Below, one piece after another: positions 31,736 to 42,193 of a stretch of 64,000 nucleotides of DNA; the first letter of the stretch is position 1, and each line of letters opens with the position of its first letter. The stretch lies in sequence record SRR31156797_3598; one strand, 5' to 3'. Below the pieces are notes generated by a model, which saw only the letters and a list, made by a program, of their open reading frames with translations, did no database searches and had not been told where the DNA came from. A program made the position numbers and the translations under genes.

Positions 31736-33640
31736 ATGGAAAGAAGTCTTTCGAAGGAGCTTGCGTGCGAGCTGAGGATTCAGGTAGCTCAGCACGAAGA
31801 ATGGCTCATGAAACGTATTTTATATTACGCTAAAAAGCAGGGGTATACTGCATACACCTCAACCCTTGAAGAAGCTTGGCGTGCGTCTATTGTTGGTCTG
31901 AGTCAGCCAATAATAGAGACACCGGCTACATCATTCTTCCTTTTAGAGCTTAATCCGCACTCTGATTTTTCAAACGATCCGTACGCTCAGTTTGGTGTAC
32001 TTGAGGCGAAGCGGCACAGGGAGCGGGGTATAGATCTGATAATGTTCCTCGGTCTTTTTAAATACTACAGGCAAACCTATGAAGACCTTCTTTTTAAGAT
32101 AGAGCTGGATATCGATGATGTAAAAGCTTGTCGAACCTTCCTTAAAAGATATTTTGACAGAGTTGAGCTCGGCTTTATAGATGAATGGATGAAGCATAGC
32201 GATGAAGAGATATATAATGAGATGTCAGAGGCGAACAGAAGGCTCACTAATGAGAAAACACTTTATCTGACAACTCTTGAGAGCCTCGAACATCCTGTTC
32301 TGGTTGTGGATTCAAAGTGCGAAGTGATAGTTATGAACGAGGCTGCTGCGGCACTTTTTACGGGGAAATCATCACCCGGTGCAGTTTATTACGGCGGTCA
32401 GGAGGCGAGCCTGCCTACTGTGCTTAAGGATAAACTGAAAGAAGAGCTTGCAAGCGACGAATCAGCGGATACTTTTGTGATGATCCTGTCTGGCAAGATT
32501 TATAATGCAACATTCAGCAAGATGAAAGATGTCAGCGGTAAATTTCTGGGACTTACTGTGATACTCAGTGATATAACAGATAAACGTAATGCTGAGAGCT
32601 ATTTGAAAGAGAGCGAGGTTCTCAGGCGTGCTTTTATGGACGGGGTGGATGCTGCTGCTTTGGTTTTGGATATGGAGACCAGAGAGGTTGTTGATTTCAA
32701 CTCTAACATATATGAGCTTTTCTCTGACGTTATGTCTGATGGGCTTTTTGACGGTGATTCTAAAATATTTTACGAAGATATCAGCAGTAATCCTTGCAGT
32801 ATTTTCGATCTGGCTGAAAAGGCTGTTAATAATGAAGAGAAGTTTGTCAGTATAAATGACGGTCACTTTCGACCGGTCAGGCTATTCTCCGTTGAGGTTT
32901 GGTTTCAGAATAAGAAGCACCGGATCATCATAATCTTTGATATATCACGTGAAAAAATGCTCGAGACCAGAGCGAACCACCTTCAGCATCTTGAGGTTTT
33001 AGGCGATATCGCAGGGTCTCTCCCTGATATGCTGGGACCTAATGTCAGAGAAGTGATGTATGAACTGAGCAGGTCTAATGAGCCAAAAATACTTGGTAAG
33101 GTGAGCGAGAGTATTGAAGATATAGCTGAGGTTATAGATGCTCTGGAATCCATTGTCAGATATGAGACTGAGGATGCCTGCATAGACCTTAATCAGCTCC
33201 TTAAAAACTGCATTGTACTCACAAAAGATAAGTGGAGTCCATATTCTGAGGTGGATATAAAGCTTAATCCTGATTCAGTAGGGGTAAGGTGCAGTCCTGA
33301 TGAGATGGGGCAGGTTTTTCTTAATCTGCTTGTGAATTCTGCTTATGCGCTGCGCAAAAAATTTGAGGCGGACGGTGAGCGTGGGTGTATCGAGATAGTG
33401 ACAAGGTTTACCAGCAATTTCTTTGAGGTACGGATAAAAGATACAGGCATAGGTATTAAGAAGGAAGATTACAAGCGTATTTTTGATCAGGGGTTTACAA
33501 CGAAACAGCTAGGACGTGTCACAGGCAACGGTCTGGCGATCGTTTACGACATTATTGTTAAACGCCTGAAAGGAACCATAGAGTTTAAAAGCACTGAAGG
33601 TAAAGGGTCAGAGTTCACCCTGCGGATCCCGATAAGCTAA
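31736..33640 (+). CDS. PAS/HATPase sensor kinase-like protein with degenerate H-box
   Basis: PAS-like segments; N/G1/F/G2 boxes (NLLVNS, DTGIGI, FDQGFTTK, GNGL). Confidence 0.85.
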   Translation: MERSLSKELACELRIQVAQHEEWLMKRILYYAKKQGYTAYTSTLEEAWRASIVGLSQPIIETPATSFFLLELNPHSDFSNDPYAQFGVLEAKRHRERGIDLIMFLGLFKYYRQTYEDLLFKIELDIDDVKACRTFLKRYFDRVELGFIDEWMKHSDEEIYNEMSEANRRLTNEKTLYLTTLESLEHPVLVVDSKCEVIVMNEAAAALFTGKSSPGAVYYGGQEASLPTVLKDKLKEELASDESADTFVMILSGKIYNATFSKMKDVSGKFLGLTVILSDITDKRNAESYLKESEVLRRAFMDGVDAAALVLDMETREVVDFNSNIYELFSDVMSDGLFDGDSKIFYEDISSNPCSIFDLAEKAVNNEEKFVSINDGHFRPVRLFSVEVWFQNKKHRIIIIFDISREKMLETRANHLQHLEVLGDIAGSLPDMLGPNVREVMYELSRSNEPKILGKVSESIEDIAEVIDALESIVRYETEDACIDLNQLLKNCIVLTKDKWSPYSEVDIKLNPDSVGVRCSPDEMGQVFLNLLVNSAYALRKKFEADGERGCIEIVTRFTSNFFEVRIKDTGIGIKKEDYKRIFDQGFTTKQLGRVTGNGLAIVYDIIVKRLKGTIEFKSTEGKGSEFTLRIPIS

Positions 33641-34554
33641 ACTCCTAAAATAAACAGCCATATTGAAAAGGTAAAGATAGACAGCAGGGTAGATATAACT
33701 ATTGTGCTGCCCGCCAGAGGTGCATCCCCCTGCATCTGAGAAGCCATAACATAGTTAACTGTCGCTGTAGGTGCTGAGAGCATTATTACTAAAGTTTTTG
33801 AAGTTGTAGAGAACTCCATTCCTGTTAATTTTAAAATAGCAAAAACTGTAAACGGCATAATGAGAAGCTTGAAAGCTGATGTCGCCAGTGACGGCATAAA
33901 TCCACCTGTCATCTGTTCTCGGGTCATGCTTCCGCCAACACAAAAGAGGGCGAGAGGCAGGGTTACACCGCTCACAATTGCGAGTGATCTGTCTATGAAG
34001 GTAGGGAAGCCAAGTTCCAGCCATGAAGCGCCAAGCCCGAGAAGGCACGCTATCGCCAGAGGATTGAGCAGTGTGTTTTTCAGAAACGGCTTAAATGATC
34101 GCCCGCCAGACATCGACATGCTGAGAGCCGTCACAGAAGCTAGATTAACAGAAGGCACGATGAAAGCCATGAGCACGCTGCCGATGATAAGCCCCTGCTC
34201 GCCGTATGCGTATGCGCTGACCGGAAGCCCCATATATGCGTAGTTTCCACGGAATGAGTTCATTGAGAATGTGCCTGCGGAATTACCCATCTTAAACAAC
34301 TTGGCAGATGAATATGAAAGAGCAAAAATGATAGCTATCGCTACGAGCATTATAAGCAGGTGGTTGATGCTGAAAACAGCACGCAGATCAGCAGCAGATA
34401 TCTTGTAAAAAAGTAGTACAGGGAGGCAGACGTTAAAGATCAGCCTGTTAGCTGTCTTTATGAAGTCGCCGTCGATAAGGTTGATACGCCTGATAAACCA
34501 TCCGAGAAAAAGAACGATAAATATGGGCGTTACTATCTGCAATATATGTGTCAT
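33637..34554 (-). CDS. AEC (auxin efflux carrier) family transporter
   Basis: About 10 TMs, RGNYAYMGLP, NPLAIA, APTA. Confidence 0.88.
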   Translation of the reverse strand: MTHILQIVTPIFIVLFLGWFIRRINLIDGDFIKTANRLIFNVCLPVLLFYKISAADLRAVFSINHLLIMLVAIAIIFALSYSSAKLFKMGNSAGTFSMNSFRGNYAYMGLPVSAYAYGEQGLIIGSVLMAFIVPSVNLASVTALSMSMSGGRSFKPFLKNTLLNPLAIACLLGLGASWLELGFPTFIDRSLAIVSGVTLPLALFCVGGSMTREQMTGGFMPSLATSAFKLLIMPFTVFAILKLTGMEFSTTSKTLVIMLSAPTATVNYVMASQMQGDAPLAGSTIVISTLLSIFTFSIWLFILGV

Positions 34555-34638
34555 GTTATGAACTTGTAATTGTATGCATTGTATTATTCCATTATACTCC
34601 AAAAGGTATAAACAATCAAAACAATACGGAGTTAGGAC

Positions 34639-35979
34639 GTGAAAATAGGGAAATCTTTTGGCTGGCTCATGGTTTATGTTGTGGCTCTTTTTGGGGCTAA
34701 CATGAGCACTACTGATCTGCGTGGTGACAGTATGAATTACGCAGCTATATCAAACAATGTCCTTTATAATCAGGATCCTCTGATTCTAACTTTAAACGGC
34801 GAATTATATATGAATAAACCCCCGCTGTTTTTTTGGATTAATTCCTTTTTTATAAATATTTTTGGTGCTACACCTTTCGGTGTTAAGTTTGCGACTTTGC
34901 TTGCTGTTATATTAATTACATACTTCTTATATAGAATAGCAATGGAGCTGTTTGATAACGATAATATTGCTGTTATGTTGCCTGTTCTCTTCTTTGCCAC
35001 ATATATTGTTTATAAGAATACTCAGATGCTTAAGCTAGAGGCATTAGTCACAGCCTTTATGATCGGTTCTGTATACTATTTTATTAGATATATTCGTGAA
35101 CAAAGTCTGATTTATGTTTTATTGGCGGGTTTATTTTCCGGTTTGGCCGTATTTGTAAAAGGGCCTTTAGGTTTAGTTCCACTAATCGGAATATTAATCT
35201 ATCCGCTTATTAATAGGCAAATATTTAGTGGGAAGTATTATCTGCATTTTGCTGTGATCACTCTGATTACACTCGCCATCCCCGGCTGGTGGTTTGGATA
35301 TGTAATGATTAACACCTCATTTTATGAAACTTTTTTCCTTAAGCAGATGGTAGACAGGATTGCAAATAATTCAATTAATGTTACAGGGACGACGTACCTT
35401 CAGCGACCTGTGTGGGCATATTTATGGTACATGTGTAAATATGGTGGTCTCTTTTTAGTTTTATTCCCATATGGGCTATACAGGATAAAAAAAGATGGAA
35501 AATTTTCGGATCAGCTGAAGTTTATATTAATAATAGGGGTTATTTATACTGTTGTGATACATTTTATAACCACAAGAGAACATAGGTATCTATATCAGTT
35601 TTATCTGTTTTTCTGGGTCGTTGGAGCATATGGACTTGGATGTTTTGTGAAAAAAGGTTTTGCGTCTTTTCTCAAATATGTCGCAATAGCCTTAATGCTA
35701 TTTCTTGTTATCTACCCTGGGAAGCTTAATTGGAATACCTATACTATCCTTCAGGATACCCGCAAGATAGCTGTTGATAACAATTTGCCTGTTGTTGCCC
35801 GTGATAAATATATCTCAGACATTTCGGATAAAGCAGCAATGACCTTTTTTCTCAGGGATAACCTTAAAGAACCGCCAGCTAATGGTAAATGGCTGGAAGT
35901 AGTAAACAATAGCAACAGGTTGGACGGAGTAGAACTTTTTGTTACTCGAAGGATAAGAGTATATGTTATGGGCGAATAG
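34639..35979 (+). CDS. ArnT/GT39-like polytopic glycosyltransferase
   Basis: YMNKPPLFFW, VKGPLGLV, many TMs. Confidence 0.88.
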   Translation: MKIGKSFGWLMVYVVALFGANMSTTDLRGDSMNYAAISNNVLYNQDPLILTLNGELYMNKPPLFFWINSFFINIFGATPFGVKFATLLAVILITYFLYRIAMELFDNDNIAVMLPVLFFATYIVYKNTQMLKLEALVTAFMIGSVYYFIRYIREQSLIYVLLAGLFSGLAVFVKGPLGLVPLIGILIYPLINRQIFSGKYYLHFAVITLITLAIPGWWFGYVMINTSFYETFFLKQMVDRIANNSINVTGTTYLQRPVWAYLWYMCKYGGLFLVLFPYGLYRIKKDGKFSDQLKFILIIGVIYTVVIHFITTREHRYLYQFYLFFWVVGAYGLGCFVKKGFASFLKYVAIALMLFLVIYPGKLNWNTYTILQDTRKIAVDNNLPVVARDKYISDISDKAAMTFFLRDNLKEPPANGKWLEVVNNSNRLDGVELFVTRRIRVYVMGE

Positions 35980-36077
35980 CAAATGTATTATATCAATTCT
36001 TGTGTTTTTTAACAAAATAGAATATATTCCTCAGCATGAAGTATAAAGAATTCAGCCAATATTTTGGCGGTCAATAC

Positions 36078-36296
36078 ATGAAATACTGGTACATAGCCTT
36101 TGTCGCTGTTGTGCTATGGTTTACTGTTAATCTGGTAAATAATGGTGCCGTAAGCAGTTACGAGCTTGTAGGCTATGATGCCGCTGGCAATATCGTAGGC
36201 TCCAAAACTGTCCACGCAAACAGTATGACACCTCCTGAGAGGCTCCCTGTCACTAAGTCGTACAAACCGATTAAGCCGATCAAAATCCTCAATTAA
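36078..36296 (+). CDS. Small hypothetical membrane or exported protein
   Basis: N-terminal hydrophobic segment, 72 aa. Confidence 0.5.
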   Translation: MKYWYIAFVAVVLWFTVNLVNNGAVSSYELVGYDAAGNIVGSKTVHANSMTPPERLPVTKSYKPIKPIKILN

Positions 36297-36437
36297 TCTG
36301 AACTGTCTCTCGCTTATACTAGCTTGAACATTTAGCCTGTTAAATTGGGATAATATTCGTCTGTAAATTCGAAAAGTTCTTGCTTTTCAGTAATTTTGGT
36401 ACGATAATCCTTAAGATAGGAGTAGTATAAGCTAGCT

Positions 36438-38213
36438 ATGTCTACCATCAGTTATAAGAGTTTGAAATACAAATGGGTATACAGGTCAGATATGCCTGAC
36501 GTTACACAGCTTTCAAAAGAGCTGAAGATGCCCCTGTGTGTAACTGAGATAATAAGGAAACGTGAGCTTCACGAACAAGATACGCTTGATACTTTCTTTA
36601 AATCACCTCTGAAGGGGATATCCTCACCTTTTCTCATGCAAGATATGGACGAGGCGAGCGAAGCACTTGCTAAGTCGATAAAAAACGGTGAAAAGATATG
36701 CATTTACGGTGACTATGATGTAGACGGTGTTACATCCGTTGCGCTTATGTACCTTTTTCTGAAAGAGGTTGGGGCTGACATTGATTACTACATCCCTAAC
36801 AGGCTTGAAGAGGGGTACGGGCTTAACAAAAGTGCTATAGACGAGATTTGTGAGCGTGGCGTTCAGCTTCTCATTACTGTGGACTGCGGAATAAACGCAA
36901 TGGAAGAAGTGACTTATGCTGTTGGGAAAGGGATGGATGTTATTATTACTGATCATCACCAGCAGTCTGACGAAATCCCGCAGGATGCTGTAGCGGTTGT
37001 TAATCCTATGCGTGACGATGACACAAGCACATTTAAAGGGCTCTCCGGTGTTGGTGTAGCTTTTAAACTTGTTATGGCACTCAGGTATAAACTTAATGAA
37101 TCAGGGCTTTTCAGTGGGAAGATACCTAATATAAAGAAATATCTCGACCTTGTAACTCTAGGCACTATTGCTGATGTTGTGCCTCTTGTGGATGAGAATA
37201 GAATAATAGTTAAACACGGGCTTGAGATTCTTTCCGGCAAGCACTGCAGACCTGGGCTTCGTGAGCTTAAGCGTGTTGCAGGCATCGACGGTCAGAAGGT
37301 TACAACAACCCATGTAGGCTTTGGGCTTGCGCCTAGGATAAACGCTGTGGGGCGTATGGGCGCATCCGATAAGGGGTTAAAGCTCCTTACAACTACTGAT
37401 CGTGAGCAGTCTGTTTATCTCGCTGAAGAGCTAGACAGAGAGAATAAACACCGTCAGGATATCGAACGTCATATTATCGAAGAATCTTTCAGGCGTGTGG
37501 AAAATAATAAGCTCCACGAGAAGTATAAGGGACTTGTTTTATACTCCGAAGACTGGCATCAGGGCGTTATAGGCATTGTCGCTTCAAGGTTGGTAGAGAA
37601 ATATCATCTTCCGGCGATAGTTCTCACTTTCGATGAAGGCGTAGGTAAAGGTTCCGGACGGAGTATTCCGTCATTTGATATATATAAAGGCTTGGAGCAG
37701 ATGCAGGACATTTTGCTCTCTTTCGGCGGGCATAAATACGCAGCCGGGCTCAAAATAGAAGAACAGCATATTAGCAGTCTACAGAAGCGTTTTCACCATG
37801 CGGTGGAGGAGCTTTTAGAGCCTGAGGATTATGTGGCAGAGATAGTTATCGACTCATTAGCTGAGCCGTCAGATATTAATCCTGAGCTTTTGAAATGGCT
37901 TGAGCGGATGGAGCCTTACGGTTCCGGAAACAGAGAGCCCGTCTTTTGCATGAAAGGTGTGAAAAAATTTCAGGAGCCGGTTTTTGTGGGTAGAGATAAT
38001 CTGCACCTGAAACTATTTTTAGAGAAAGACGGTAAGGTATTCGACTGTATCGGATATAACATGAAGCTATATAAAGAACACGTCGATGCGTACGATGAGT
38101 TTGATATAATTTTTTCTCCGGCGCAGGCGAATTATTATCAGGGTAAATACACACAACTAGTGCTTAAGGACATCAAACCGGCGGAAGGTAAATGGGTAGC
38201 AGAGAACGAATAG
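36438..38213 (+). CDS. recJ: ssDNA exonuclease RecJ
   Basis: GDYDVDG, TDHH, APRINAVGR, GGHKYAAG. Confidence 0.97.
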   Translation: MSTISYKSLKYKWVYRSDMPDVTQLSKELKMPLCVTEIIRKRELHEQDTLDTFFKSPLKGISSPFLMQDMDEASEALAKSIKNGEKICIYGDYDVDGVTSVALMYLFLKEVGADIDYYIPNRLEEGYGLNKSAIDEICERGVQLLITVDCGINAMEEVTYAVGKGMDVIITDHHQQSDEIPQDAVAVVNPMRDDDTSTFKGLSGVGVAFKLVMALRYKLNESGLFSGKIPNIKKYLDLVTLGTIADVVPLVDENRIIVKHGLEILSGKHCRPGLRELKRVAGIDGQKVTTTHVGFGLAPRINAVGRMGASDKGLKLLTTTDREQSVYLAEELDRENKHRQDIERHIIEESFRRVENNKLHEKYKGLVLYSEDWHQGVIGIVASRLVEKYHLPAIVLTFDEGVGKGSGRSIPSFDIYKGLEQMQDILLSFGGHKYAAGLKIEEQHISSLQKRFHHAVEELLEPEDYVAEIVIDSLAEPSDINPELLKWLERMEPYGSGNREPVFCMKGVKKFQEPVFVGRDNLHLKLFLEKDGKVFDCIGYNMKLYKEHVDAYDEFDIIFSPAQANYYQGKYTQLVLKDIKPAEGKWVAENE

Positions 38214-40348
38214 TCCGTTTAATGGACATACAAGATAGATTGATAAAAAATGGCGTGAAGGACGGTTTCGACCGTGTCCATACTGCATATGTTTACGCCG
38301 CACAAAAGCACAGGGGACAGCTCCGTAAAAGTGGCGAGCCGTACCTGTCGCATCCGCTCAATGTAGCATATATCCTTGCACAGATGAATATGGACGTGGA
38401 TACCGTCATCGGCGGTCTGCTCCACGACACAGTTGAAGACACTGACGCAACCTTTGAGGAGATAGCTAATCTTTTCGGCGAAGATGTCGCCTTCATCGTG
38501 GACGGTGTTACTAAGATAGGTAAGATTGAATTTAAATCTCAGGAAGAGAAACAGGCGGAAAACTTTCGTAAGATGCTGATATCTATGTCTAAAGATGTCC
38601 GTGTTATCCTCATTAAACTCGCAGACAGGCTTCATAATATGCGCACCCTCGGCTTTCTAAAAGAGGAGAAGAAGCGCAGGATTGCTCAGGAAACTATGGA
38701 TATCTACGCTCCTATGGCTCACAGAATGGGTATTGCGTGGATTAAGTGGGAGCTTGAGGACATGTGCTTCCGCATACTTGAACCTGATGAATATTACGAG
38801 ATTTACGAAAAAGTTAAGCTGAAACGTGGCGAGCGTGAGGAGCTTCTTGTCGATGTTCGTGAAAAGGTTGTAGACGAGCTTCAAAAGCATAATATAAAGG
38901 CTAGCGTTACCGGCAGACCGAAGCATTTCTTCTCTATTTATAATAAGATGAAGAAGAAAAAGGTGAGCTTCGAAGAGATTTACGACCTGCTTGCGCTTCG
39001 TGTTCTGGTAGAAGATATCCCTACGTGCTACGCTGTGATGGGGATACTGCACAACATCTGGAACCCTATCCAGCACAGGTTTAAAGACTATATAGCAATG
39101 CAGAAGACTAACCTTTATCAGTCTCTTCACACGACAATTATCAGTAAAAAAGGTATCACTGTTGAGTTTCAGATCAGAACCCACGAGATGCACAAGGTCG
39201 CAGAAGAGGGTATTGCTGCTCACTGGAAATATAAAGAAGGTAAAGTCTTTGACCCACAAGAAGATAGAACTTTCATATGGCTTCGTCAACTCCTCGAACA
39301 GCACGAACTGCAAAAGCCTGAAGACCTTGTCGAAGCGCTGAAAGAGGACGTACTCCCTACTCAGATTTATGTGTTTACCCCTAACGGTGATGTCATGGAG
39401 CTGCCTGTTGGTTCCACCCCTATCGATTTTGCATACAGCATCCACACCGAGGTTGGTAATAAGTGCAAGGGTGCGAAAGTTGACGGCCGGATAGTTCCGC
39501 TGAAATACAAGCTCCGCAACGGTGACAGAGTTTCGATCACAACTGGTGAGGATCATAAACCTAGCCGTGACTGGCTCAGTTTTGTGAAAACAAGCCGGGC
39601 GAAAACACGCATCAGGGCGGCGCTCAGAAAGCTCGATACCGAACTGAGTAAAAGTGTTGGTTTTGAGCTTCTTGATAAGGAATTTTCCGCAGAATCTCTT
39701 GAGGTGCGAGAGATTTTTAATAAGTCGGAGAATATTAAAAAAGTTATTGAACGTTATAAACTTAACGAAGAAGAAGATATATATACCAGTGTAGGTTTTG
39801 GGCGTATTTCACCTAAGCAGATCGTACATATGTTTAGTGAGCCTAAAGAGCTTAAGCCTGAAGATGTGGTGAAACCTGCTCAGCCTGAGAAGCGTAAAAA
39901 GTCGAAAAATCCATTCATTATCGAGGGGATTGACGATGTTATGGTGAAGATAGCTAAGTGCTGTTCGCCTCTTCCCGGTGATGATGTTATCGGATATATC
40001 AGCCGTGGACGTGGTATTGTTGTCCATAAAGAATCATGCCAGAACCTTAAGGATACGGTCTTTAGCAGTGAGAGACTTGTTGATGTCCAGTGGGATGAGA
40101 AGAAGAATTATAAAATGCCTGTTAAACTCCATGCTAATATTGAAGACAAGACAGGTATGCTTAATTCCTTAACCACTGTGCTCATGGATATGGGGCTGAA
40201 TATTCTTGAACTCAGCTCAAAACGTGAGGATACTGGTACAGCGACACTTGACTTTTCCATCGAAGTGAAGAATAAAAATGAGCTGGAATCTGTAATGCGT
40301 AAGCTCAAAACTATAGACGGAATGTTAGACGTAATGAACCGCACCTAG
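38192..40348 (+). CDS. relA: Bifunctional (p)ppGpp synthetase/hydrolase
   Basis: HDTVED hydrolase motif, RFKD and YQSLHT synthetase motifs, TGS, CC and ACT domains. Confidence 0.95.
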   Translation: MGSRERIVRLMDIQDRLIKNGVKDGFDRVHTAYVYAAQKHRGQLRKSGEPYLSHPLNVAYILAQMNMDVDTVIGGLLHDTVEDTDATFEEIANLFGEDVAFIVDGVTKIGKIEFKSQEEKQAENFRKMLISMSKDVRVILIKLADRLHNMRTLGFLKEEKKRRIAQETMDIYAPMAHRMGIAWIKWELEDMCFRILEPDEYYEIYEKVKLKRGEREELLVDVREKVVDELQKHNIKASVTGRPKHFFSIYNKMKKKKVSFEEIYDLLALRVLVEDIPTCYAVMGILHNIWNPIQHRFKDYIAMQKTNLYQSLHTTIISKKGITVEFQIRTHEMHKVAEEGIAAHWKYKEGKVFDPQEDRTFIWLRQLLEQHELQKPEDLVEALKEDVLPTQIYVFTPNGDVMELPVGSTPIDFAYSIHTEVGNKCKGAKVDGRIVPLKYKLRNGDRVSITTGEDHKPSRDWLSFVKTSRAKTRIRAALRKLDTELSKSVGFELLDKEFSAESLEVREIFNKSENIKKVIERYKLNEEEDIYTSVGFGRISPKQIVHMFSEPKELKPEDVVKPAQPEKRKKSKNPFIIEGIDDVMVKIAKCCSPLPGDDVIGYISRGRGIVVHKESCQNLKDTVFSSERLVDVQWDEKKNYKMPVKLHANIEDKTGMLNSLTTVLMDMGLNILELSSKREDTGTATLDFSIEVKNKNELESVMRKLKTIDGMLDVMNRT

Positions 40349-40438
40349 CAAGGTAGCACCTTGATGCAAATCACAATACTGAGGGGCTTCTTTGTGCTTT
40401 CTCATTTAGCGGTTCCTTTCAGTCGCCTGATATAGTTA

Positions 40439-42193
40439 TTAGCTTAATAGTCCTGAAGTTCTATGAATTCTCCTACTCAAGCAATCTCTTACAGCCTTTT
40501 CTGTACTTACTACTGTGAGTTTCGTTTTTGCTCTGGTAACAGCAGTATAGAACAGTTCCCTTGTGAGTATTTTGCTGTCGGATTCAGGCAGAATAAACAT
40601 AACATGGTCAAACTCTGAGCCCTGGCTTTTGTGTATGGTCATAGCGTACGCCGGAACATATGCGGGCATCCTCGATGGTGTGATACGTTTGATCTCACCG
40701 TCATTGATATTAAAGCACGCCTTCTGATCATCATCGCCGAAAATGAGTCCGGTTTCACCGTTGAACAAGTTCAGACTGTAATCATTCTCTATGACCATCA
40801 GGGGCATACCGTGATAAAATCTGCTGGCATTGTCACTGTGTCCGGCTTTGAACATAGTTTTAGATGCTGTGGTGTTAATGTGCACAGTCCCGCCAATCAT
40901 TTTTCTATGGGGAGATAGAATCCTGAATTTATTAAAGGCGTCAATAGCTTCCGATGGAGTTGAGATCATGCTGTATATTTCAAAATGATTAAGCAGCTTA
41001 TTAGATATCTGCTCTTCGAAGTCCGCACCGAACTGTATGAATTCAACTTTTCCGGATGGATCATCTGTCATAACCTTCATAGCCGTATCAAAATCGCCTC
41101 TGATAGATGCACCCGCAAGTAAACCTATACCCGCCTCTGAGTCGTATCTGTAGCTTTTATCGAGCATTATTGTGATATCAGAATAAGCAGAGCCGGCTGG
41201 TAAGAGCTTCGTGGATGTATGTTCACTGAGTAGACGTAACCTGTCACTTGTGAATTCGTTAACCGGTGCAGCGTCACATATGTCACCGAGGACAGCCCCT
41301 GGCTGAACAGATGCAAGTTGATCTTTGTCTCCGAGTAGAACAAGCTTACAATCTTCCTTAAGCGCATCAGTAAGTTTCGCCATTGTCCGGAGGTCTATCA
41401 TAGATGCCTCATCAGCAATTAAAATATCATAAGGCAGATTATTACTTTGGTTATATTTCGGTTTTCTGTTGTCAGAATACATGCCGAGCAGCCTGTGTAT
41501 GGTCACTGCTTTCTTTGGAATAAGATCTATATAGCTCTCGTTATTATACTTTTCCCTGTTTGCAACAATAGACTCAGTTAACCTTGATGCCGCTTTACCT
41601 GTGGGCGCACATATAGCTATTTTTAGTGGCTTAGCTGATAGTTCCAGCATTATAGCGAGCAGCTTGAAGACTGTGGATGTTTTTCCAGTTCCCGGGCCGC
41701 CGGAGATTACAGAAAAATTATTAAGTGCAGAATTTAATGCAGCTGCCTTCTGCATAGAGTCCTCTTGAAAGTATTTATCAAGCAGTATGGTGAGCTTGCT
41801 TATTATATCTTCGTTAATATTTCCAGGTTTTGACTTAATATAGCTGCTGACAGTGTTTTCGTCAGCGTAAAAACTTTTCATATAAAGCTTATTCTTTTTT
41901 AAAATGAATGGAGCATCCGTGGCAGGAGCTTGTGCAATTATTCCTTTTTCTATTAAATCAGGAACAATTGACAGAGCTCTTTGAATCTCACTTTTGTAAT
42001 GTTCATAAAAGCTGATTGACTCCGGCTCAGAGATGATCAGGCAGGTGTTGCCGCTTTCGGTTGTATTGTAAAGTAGCGCAAAAAGTAGTTCTGCATCAGA
42101 TATCTCAAAGCTTTCAGAGATATGAATAGCGAAATATATATCTATTTCACGAAGTAATTTTTTCTCTAACATTTCTTTTAATAGGTCAGTCAT
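40439..42193 (-). CDS. recD: Exodeoxyribonuclease V alpha subunit
   Basis: GGPGTGKT, DEASM, GDKDQL, TIHKSQGSE. Confidence 0.95.
   Translation of the reverse strand: MTDLLKEMLEKKLLREIDIYFAIHISESFEISDAELLFALLYNTTESGNTCLIISEPESISFYEHYKSEIQRALSIVPDLIEKGIIAQAPATDAPFILKKNKLYMKSFYADENTVSSYIKSKPGNINEDIISKLTILLDKYFQEDSMQKAAALNSALNNFSVISGGPGTGKTSTVFKLLAIMLELSAKPLKIAICAPTGKAASRLTESIVANREKYNNESYIDLIPKKAVTIHRLLGMYSDNRKPKYNQSNNLPYDILIADEASMIDLRTMAKLTDALKEDCKLVLLGDKDQLASVQPGAVLGDICDAAPVNEFTSDRLRLLSEHTSTKLLPAGSAYSDITIMLDKSYRYDSEAGIGLLAGASIRGDFDTAMKVMTDDPSGKVEFIQFGADFEEQISNKLLNHFEIYSMISTPSEAIDAFNKFRILSPHRKMIGGTVHINTTASKTMFKAGHSDNASRFYHGMPLMVIENDYSLNLFNGETGLIFGDDDQKACFNINDGEIKRITPSRMPAYVPAYAMTIHKSQGSEFDHVMFILPESDSKILTRELFYTAVTRAKTKLTVVSTEKAVRDCLSRRIHRTSGLLS

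Noticed and set aside
38657-39556. 299-aa antisense ORF
   Set aside because: Shadow of the rel gene; no RBS or motif. The same applies to the many short antisense ORFs over core genes.
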